In this document: in pieces, positions 53,801 to 62,800 of the stretch | Layout: each line of letters starts with the position of its first letter | Numbering within the stretch: the first letter of the stretch is position 1 | Source of the DNA: Lingula anatina | Lineage: Eukaryota > Animalia > Brachiopoda | Reading direction: 5' to 3' | Assembly (NCBI GenBank): GCA_051362555.1 | Contig: CM120646.1 | Location: 19,468,001 to 19,532,000, forward strand | Length of the DNA stretch: 64,000 nucleotides | Translations under genes and position numbers: made by a program | Notes under the pieces: model-generated | Told to the model about the DNA's origin: nothing | The model's input: the letters and a program-made list of their open reading frames with translations, nothing else | Database searches by the model: none

Positions 53801-56800
53801 GGGGGGGGGGGGGGAGTCCAGGGATGTGCCCTCCGGAGGAAAAACTTTCATTATTTCATGCAAAAAGGGTGCAATCCCATGCAATCTGAAGCTGTCATTA
53901 AATCGTTACGACATAGCCCACTTGCAGGACCAAATTTTGCGGGAAAATCAGGGCTAGACACTAACTTTTATGAGTACCTGTCCGAATTTCAATCCAACCT
54001 GTCCAACAAAACTAATATTTTTTCTATTCATACCATTGAACTTTGTAAATAAATATGTGTAGTCATACATTTAATGCAATTATTGCCAAGACATTAAATT
54101 AAATGAGCCGGAAAATGCACCTTAAAGTGGATTTATTTTCAGATAAAAAGTTGTTTTTTCATACTTGTGAACTCCTGAAGATTTAATCTTGCATATAAGT
54201 CTGATTTAACATTATAAAGTTTCAATCAGGGCTTCTCCTAGGATTTTGGGTACAGGGTCTGCTAATTGTAAATCTGCAATTTGATAACAAATTCACATGA
54301 AGTTTAACCAAAGCAAAATATAAATACCCTGAGTGGCAGGTGGGGAGGGGGTACTGTTAGATTAATTTTATTAAAATATTCAAAAGTTCAATGAAAAATT
54401 AAAGAATATTCATCTTATAATACTTTACTTATATTTATGTTAACAATTTAACTTTTTAGGGGTTATCTTGTGTTTGATTTTCTTAAATATATGAGTTAAA
54501 TAAAATCAGTTTTAAAAAGTTCCCCTTTTTATTTAAATTCTCATATTTGTTATTACTAATGTCTTCCTTACATCAATACCACACTGGTATATGACAGCAA
54601 TGTTAATTTATCATATTCCAGCACTAAATTTTTAACTGTAAATAATATAGGTTATGATAAAGTCATTAAAGAAAACATCATACAAAATTTCAGGTTATAT
54701 TTTGGCAAATAAACAATATTTCAACAAGATCTTCAGTCCCAAAGATTTCACGTTCTGTAGTGAGTAGATAGCATACAACGTATTTGATTGACAGGCAGTA
54801 TGTTGCCTGGACAACGAACTAGATATAGCCAGTTCATCTAGTTCAATCTGGCTTTGTAACCAGCATAGTACTTGTGTTGTTTCTGTAACGGTCTTTCTCT
54901 CTAGAGCACGTAGATTTTAAACCAAATAAATATTCAGTAGTGAGCCTGTTATGTGAATAAATTTTGTCTGATGAAGTTCTGGAGGGTGTTCACTTTCATA
55001 ACTTGGCGGTAAGTTTGCTCAGACTTCGTTTTGTGACTGCATGTGTTTTGTGCCAAAAGTAGGTCATTCTTTTCAGTACCGTGTAGGAAGAGACAAAAAG
55101 ACGTTAGTATGCATTAAAAATGATTTTTAAAAGATTTTTGCTCCAAATTTCTCATAAACCATGACCTGTCTGTCGGACAGCCAACCCTGCAACTTCACAT
55201 GTCCGAGCTGAATTTTTACCTGTCCCGGACAGGCGCTAATCAAGAAGTTATAACTTCTTGCGCTAATGTATTAAATAGTGTTGCATCTTTTCTGACATTT
55301 TCTCTTGCCGCATGGATACATTTATTTATAAATGATCACGACTGCTACTATTCTTCAGTCAAAATAACATGAAGGATTGACTATTTATTATATTTCTCCA
55401 AAAATATAGATAAAGCAAACAAATCTCACAGAATTACATTGATGACGAAACTAATAAGCGGATGTTGATATTCGAAACTTGTCAGTACGCAGGTCCCGCG
55501 CCCTCAACATAAGATGTTATATTTGTATTACTGCGCCAGGCAGAACTAGAGGATCAGAGAGGCGATACCGCCTCCAAATATTGTACCACCAGCTGGAGCA
55601 AGCGCATTCGTATAGACCCCCACATACACAAAATAAGGGACACAGCCACCAGTTTTGTGCTTGACAAGCTGTAAAAATGCAATCAACAAGAATTTTTAAA
55701 CTATTGCAAAAAATATATATGGTACAATCAAATTTAAGTTCTTCGTAAGGTAGGTCAAGGGTCAATTTCAAGGTCACAGTAAATTGCCAGTATATGACTT
55801 CCTATTCAAGTTCAAGAGTAACTATGGACCTATCTCTGTCAAGTTTGAAGTTAAAAGAGAAAGAAATTAGCAGAGTTCAGTTCATGATAATAAGTAGGTC
55901 AAAGGTCATTTTCAAGGTCACACTTAGATTGCCAGTATAGGACTTCCTATTCAACTTCAATAGTAACTGTGGACCTATCTCAGCCAGTTTTGGAGATAAA
56001 AGGGAAGCAAAATTTGCAAAATTCAGTTCATGGTGAAAAGTCGGTCAAAGGTCAATTTTAAGGTCACATTTAGATTGCCAGTATATGACTTTCTATTCAA
56101 GTTCAATAGTAACTATGGACCTATCTCTGCCAGTTTTGGAGATAAAAGGGAAGCAAATTTTGCAAAGTTCAGTTTATGGTGAAAAGTAGGTCAAAGGTCA
56201 ATTTTAAGGTCACATTCAGATTGCCAGTATATGACTTCCTATTCAACTTCAATAGTAACTATGGACCTATCTCATCCAGTTTTGGAGATAAAAGGGAAGC
56301 AAAATTTGCAAAATTCAGTTCATGGTGTAAAGTAGGTCAAAGGTCAATTTTAAGGTCACATTTAGATTGCCAGTATATGACTTCCTATTCAAGTTCAATA
56401 GTAACTACGGACCTATCTCAGCCAGTTTTGGAGATAAAAGGAAAGCAAAATTCAGTTCATGGTGTAAAGTAGGTCAAAGGTCAATTTTAAGGTCACATTT
56501 GGCTTGCCAGTATATGACTTCCTATTCAACTTCAATAGTAACTATGGACCTATCTCTGCCAGTTTTGGAGATAAAAGGGAAGAAAAATTTGCAAAGTTCA
56601 GTTCATGGTGAAAAGTAGGTCAAAGGTCAATTTTAAGGTCACATTTAGATTGCCAGTATATGACTTCCTATTCAACTTCAATAGTAACTATGGACCTATC
56701 TCTGCCAGTTTTGGAGATAAAAGGGAAGCAAATTTTGCAAAGTTCAGTTTATGGTGTTAAGTAGGTCAAAGGTCAATTTTAAGGTCACATTTAGATTGCC

Positions 56801-59800
56801 AGTATATGACTTCCTATTCAAGTTCAATAGTAACTACGGACCTATCTCTGCCAGTTTTGGAGATAAAAGGAAAGCAAAATTTGCAAAATTCAGTTCATGG
56901 TGAAAAGTAGGTCAAAGGTCAATTTTAATGTCACATATAGATTGCCAGTATATGACTTCCTATTCAAGTTCAATAGTAACTACGGACCTATCTCTGCCAG
57001 TTTTGGAGATAAAAGGAAAGCAAAATTTGCAAAATTCAGTTCATGGTGTAAAGTAGGTCAAAGGTCAATTTTAAGGTCACATTTAGATTACCAGTATATG
57101 ACTTCCTTTTCAAGTTCAATAGTAACTATGGACCTATCTCTGCCAGTTTTGGAGATAAAAGGGAAGAAAAATTTGCAAAGTTCAGTTCATGGTGAAAAGT
57201 AGGTCAAAGGTCAATTTCAAGGTCATAGTAAGATTGCCAGTATATGACTTCCTATTCAACTTCAATAGTAACTATGGACCTATCTCTGCCAGTTTTGGAG
57301 ATATAAGGGACTAGATGTTATAATTTTGGAATTACCATAATGTGCCTTAAATTTCGTACAGAAAAAAATTAATTAAAATAAAGAAAATGTCATTTTGGTC
57401 AAAATTCTTGAAATAGGAGGTGCTCTGAAGTTTCAGAAGTTCAAATTTGATGAAAAAATGTCATTTTTGAACACAAGTTGTCTGCTTTGCCAAGCCTTAT
57501 GTTTTATTTTTCCAGAGTTCAAAATTTATTATCCATTACCGTACTGCACATTTTGCTTTTACCACCAATATGTACTTTTTGATAGAGCGTAACTCGAAAA
57601 CCGTATGGAATACAAAAAAACCGAGACCACCTCCCGTGTTGGGCTTTACATGCTCTACAAAATGCAAAAAAGAATGGGTCTCTAGCATTAACGGTTCCCG
57701 AATTAGAAACAGTTTTAAGTTTCGGTATCTTATGGCCGCTACTCCCGTGAAAATGCACCGATTGACCCCAAATTCATGGAGATGAAAGATGACCTGAAGG
57801 GTAACACTTTCCAATAATATTATTGGTTAAGTCTGTGTGGTGTCTGAATAACAGGGCAAAAAAATTTTTTTTCGTAAAAAATTTCATTTTTTTGAAAATT
57901 TTGGCCCATTTGACCTTGAATTAGAGGTCAAAGGTCAAATCCAAGGGTATATTTGAAATCTACACATATGACTTTTGGAAAGCCGTCTATAGAAATTTTT
58001 CCCATAACTCCTTCCGTAGGGTAGATAATTAGCATTTAATTTTGCCATTTTTAGACAAGGGTGCATTGCAATGAGTGCCACACCCAGACCCCAATACCGA
58101 CAAAGCCCAAATTTTACGTGGAACGAGTTGAGATTATAGGTGACCTAAATCCATGAGATGGGTACGGGGGCCCTTACCGTCTAGGAGGAGAAGCGGTAAC
58201 GGTAGCCGTCCGGCGGAGCCGGCGGAGCCGGCGGAACGATCCGGACGGGACCGAAACCATGTGTACCGCCAGCGCTAACGCTAACGCTAACGCTGGTGGT
58301 ACAATAAAAATAAACAACTTAACGCGCACACAAGAGATCCAAGTACGTACACAGTCGTTTTTATTTTACGTCGCGACTGTCAGGAATAAAGGCATTAAAG
58401 ACAGTCTCAGCGCGTTAAACCCTTAAAATAGCACGAAATTGAATTTTCCTGGAAAACTCACCAATTTCCCCATAATGACCAAGGTATATCCTATCCAAAA
58501 CCGTTCAGAAAATGAAGCTACCTAATACCGTTTTTAAGTTCCATTAAATAATAAAAGACGACTCGTCTTAAATACTCAGCTACCACCTCACAGTACGGCT
58601 TCAGAACGCGCAATTTCTCGCTAAGTCTCGTGGTTTACTATGAATGAAGTACTACGGCTGAGACCCGGATGTTACTATTTGGCGCCAAAACAGCAAACAT
58701 GGCTCAGACGCGCGTCAAGTCTGAACAGGAGAGCGACAAAAGGGGGCGAAAGAAAATAGCCACTCCAGTTCGAAAGACACGAAAGAAAATTAGAGACAGA
58801 CGAAGAAGCACTCAGACTGTGTATGTTGGGAGGGAGGTGGGGCGGTGGAGGACACTTAAAGCTGAGTTAGGACTCACATACGAGGCAATGGCGAAACTAC
58901 TCCTCGACACGTGAGTATGCGCTTCACACGTCTCAAGTGTGTCTGATTATCATATTATCCTGTTCACAATAAATGACAATACTTGTGCTCATACAAAGTT
59001 GGTTACGTGTATAAGAGCGTTTTGGGCTTACGTTTTCTGTTTTTGATCGGTACATGTACCGAAAAGATGGACAGGCGGCACTTATATGTCTGACAAGTTT
59101 CGCTGTGTAGTCGTGACGTCTATCTCATGCTGACTGAATCCTGCTGTGATTGGTCGTAAGCGTGGGAAAATCGAGGTCGTGACCTTGAGCCGGAAGTACT
59201 TCTGGCTGTGCTCCGAAATCATGATAAATAGTTTTCGTTTTCTAATTCTTTATTCTAGTTGTCTTAACAGGACTTTTGTGACCCAGACTTATTCATATAA
59301 TAATAAACAATCTCCCAAAACACAAATCTGAGCAAAGTTTTACATAGAACCTGCTTCTATACATTAATCTAACCCACTGAGTTGTCCTTTAAAGGCATTG
59401 GTCACACACACACTCTTAAAGGGGCTCTTTCCGATATGAGGGAAAATAAAACATATCCCAAACTTTTTCTTATATATGAAGGTCACGATCTAAACCAAAA
59501 TTCGCCTTTGAGGTAGACGGCAATCAAAATAATTAATTATTTCACATTCGAGTCTGTATTGGAGAACGTCCTCTCCCCAAAAAAGAGAAGACGACTACCG
59601 CAAGGTTTTAGCCAATCAGAGTGCGTTGCCTAAAATAGCACTCGTACACTAGGAGAAACAAATATGGCGCGGTGGAGTTCGAAGTAAGTCGTTTACAGAT
59701 GCACGTTAGTTAAAACTCTCTCCCTTCATTGTTCGTGAACAGGTTTGTGCACTTAAACATTTAAAGAATTCATTTAACTTCTCGTCGGTTAAAATAGTCC

Positions 59801-62800
59801 AAAAATCAACGAATGACTTGGAAATATTTACGACGGAGTGTAGCCTATTATGTCAACAGTGCTTGATGCCGTAATTCTCAATGCCGATTCACCGAATGAG
59901 TAACTTGTACCAGGAAATATACCGGTGACATGATTAGAGACAGTGATATTTTTCGGGTCAACTGAACCAGCCCTTTTCGGTTGGATATTTATTAACGACT
60001 GTTACTTTTTTTGTTGTTTGCTATGCTTTCTGAGCCGCAATTTTGACATCGCGATTTGCACGCACAGCGTAGCACGGACTACAAATGCGTTCCAGACGAT
60101 TTTGATACTTACTGGCAGTAGTGGTGAGCATCGTGCAGATGTCAAAATCGTCAATAGAAGTGCCTGAATTTTGTGCTACGCACACACGTATCTTATCTTG
60201 CTTTTCTAGTCGATCTGTTTTTATACTTTTCAGATCGAGAGTAGGCCCAAGTTTTTCGGGTCAACTGAACCAGCCCTTTTCGGTTGGATATTTATTAACG
60301 ACTGTTACTTTTTTTGTTGTTTGCTATGCTTTCTGAGCCGCAATTTTGACATCGCGATTTGCACGCACAGCGTAGCACGGACTACAAATGCGTTCCAGAC
60401 GATTTTGATACTTACTGGCAGTAGTGGTGAGCATCGTGCAGATGTCAAAATCGTCAATAGAAGTGCCTGAATTTTGTGCTACGCACACACGTATCTTATC
60501 TTGCTTTTCTAGTCGATCTGTTTTTATACTTTTCAGATCGAGAGTAGGCCTATTGTTGATGAGGCAAGCAGTCAGAGCAGTCCAGAACTAGAGGGTAAAG
60601 AGCTCCCTGAGGTAAAGAGTTTTCTGTTATTTTTAAATAATACAGGCCTTTTAGTTAATCTGGCATATTCCTTAGTTTTGATAGTAATGTGTAGGACCCA
60701 CCTTACCCTCACCTATATTCACATGTAATAATCCACACATACAAAAAACTTATAGTTTAGGGATAACAATTGATACGCTTGAGTGCAGATTAATGATTAA
60801 TTGAAGTGAAACCCATTTTGAACAGTTCACAACATTATTACTAGCATGCAATTAAATCAGTGCCAATTATTATTATTATTAGTTTTATTATTATTTTACA
60901 GCATACTATCTTGTGATGTCAGCCTCATTAGAAAAAAAGCCCTGTATAAAGGTTTAGTAGAGTTGGCAGTGATACATAGCACTTCTAGGTCCAGTAGTGC
61001 AAGGCTTGGAAGAGGTGTGAGATCAGGAGGATTGACTCAAGAACATGAAAGGAGAATTCAGTAACTCACAGAAGAGGTATAAAACTCATTAAATCTTTAT
61101 TGAAAAGATAAATTCTAAGTTTCTTACAATACACAAACACCATTCATATTCCTTCTTATTTTCAAAGTAAATTTATTCGATAAAATTTGGTGGTGTGAAA
61201 TCCAGTCCTTATGGTTGTTTTAGTGTTCATACATTTTCAAATATTTTATTTTTGAAGTAAGCTATTGTACATATCAAAACAGAAATGACAGATATAAAAG
61301 TGAATATATTTTTTTCATTATCAGAGCATACATGATGGTGTTGCCAAGAAAATGACGGTGTTGCCAAGGAAAGTGCTGAATACATTGTGACAAGTGTGAT
61401 GGAAATCCTGGCCTTGCACTGGATATAAAGATGCTTTTGCTAGAGAATTTACCAAGCAATGACTCAGCATCAGTGGAGATGGGACTGGCCCATCTCCCAC
61501 TCACTGTAATGTCCCCTACTTTTTGACTGCCGTTGAATTTTCTGGATTACTTCACTTTGAAGAAAATCACAGAATAACTATTACCACGAGTATCAGTTTA
61601 CTGACCAAACATTCATAAGACCTGTAATATGCAAGTCACTGAGTAGAAGGATTCTTTTCATTCTACTGTAATTTGTGCAACCATTCAGTGAACATAAAAA
61701 ATAAAGGCATAGAAAAACAAGGTGCTTTCATTTATCCCTTTCTCATATCAAAAGTAAAATGCAACTCTGTACACAATCTGTTCATAAAATCAATCATTTT
61801 AAAAGTTAATGTCATACAAGGAAATAATGTATGTCTGGATGGATTTATAAAAGAAAAGTTTATGTGAGGTAATCATCATTTTGATAAAAAAATTCTTATA
61901 TATATAAGGACCACGGTGCCTCGAGTCTCTTGGTTCCATCTGCAGCATGGCTGCTTAGAAATGTGTACTTGTAATTCCCATGTCAAATTCCTGGTTTGTA
62001 AGACTGGAATGTACCTTTATTTGTGCTAATTGTTTATGTAACAGCTTGAGGTCTTACTGTCATCCATGATTTTGAGTGCTTGCTTTGCTGCTTAGTATAC
62101 CTAAAAACAAAACATTGACTATTGGAAAGACTTCAATGCATTTTTTTGTGAAATTAATAGCACCCACTATCTGTAATGTCTACGCCAGACATAAGAGCAC
62201 TGAATAGAGCATGGTTATCAAAATTAATTGTTTCAAAATCCAATTTATTATATAATGTTCCCCACAATAAGTACTGATATCCTGTGCTTGTCACAATTCT
62301 AGGACTAGCTGCCATGGCAGTGTTAAACTTTATAATAAAATGGCATTGTTCCAAGTACTAACATGCATTAGATTGATATTGATGGCAAGGTGTACTGAAC
62401 ATGGTAAAATAAACAGCTATTGTGTGTTTGGATTCTGGGTGTCAGGTACTTACTTTGGCTCTGGCTCTATGTTGGCCTTGAACCTGATGTAGGGGTAGAT
62501 GTTACCACATGAATATTACCTGGATAAAAAAATATATACCAGTGTATTATCCTCATTCTCCAGAGAATCCCCATGAAGTCAACTTTAAAAACGTAAACAG
62601 AGAATAAACATTTACTACCATCAGATGCTGCAATTAATGTGCTCGCTTTAAATCTTTTAATTTAAATTAAATTCGAATAAGGTAAATAGTGAAAGGTTGT
62701 TTTTTCTTTTTTTTTTTTTTTTTGGACTTGAGGATATAACGACGTTAAGTAAGCCGACAAAAACCAGTCTTTAATAGAAGACTATTTAGCTTGTTTGTAC

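Noticed and set aside
53603-54052. Poly-Gly / poly-Pro ORFs
   Set aside because: Produced by the poly-G tract inside a transposon end
53110-55777. Two short minus ORFs sharing SWWYN (53110..53325 and 55517..55777)
   Set aside because: The similarity is the nucleotide sub-TIR TATTGTACCACCAGC of a repeat family; frames disagree outside it
55750-57309. CRISPR-like array or coding repeats (ORFs 56176..57202)
   Set aside because: Head-to-tail 146-bp units without unique spacers, in a eukaryotic context; unit length is not a multiple of three, so the ORFs are incidental
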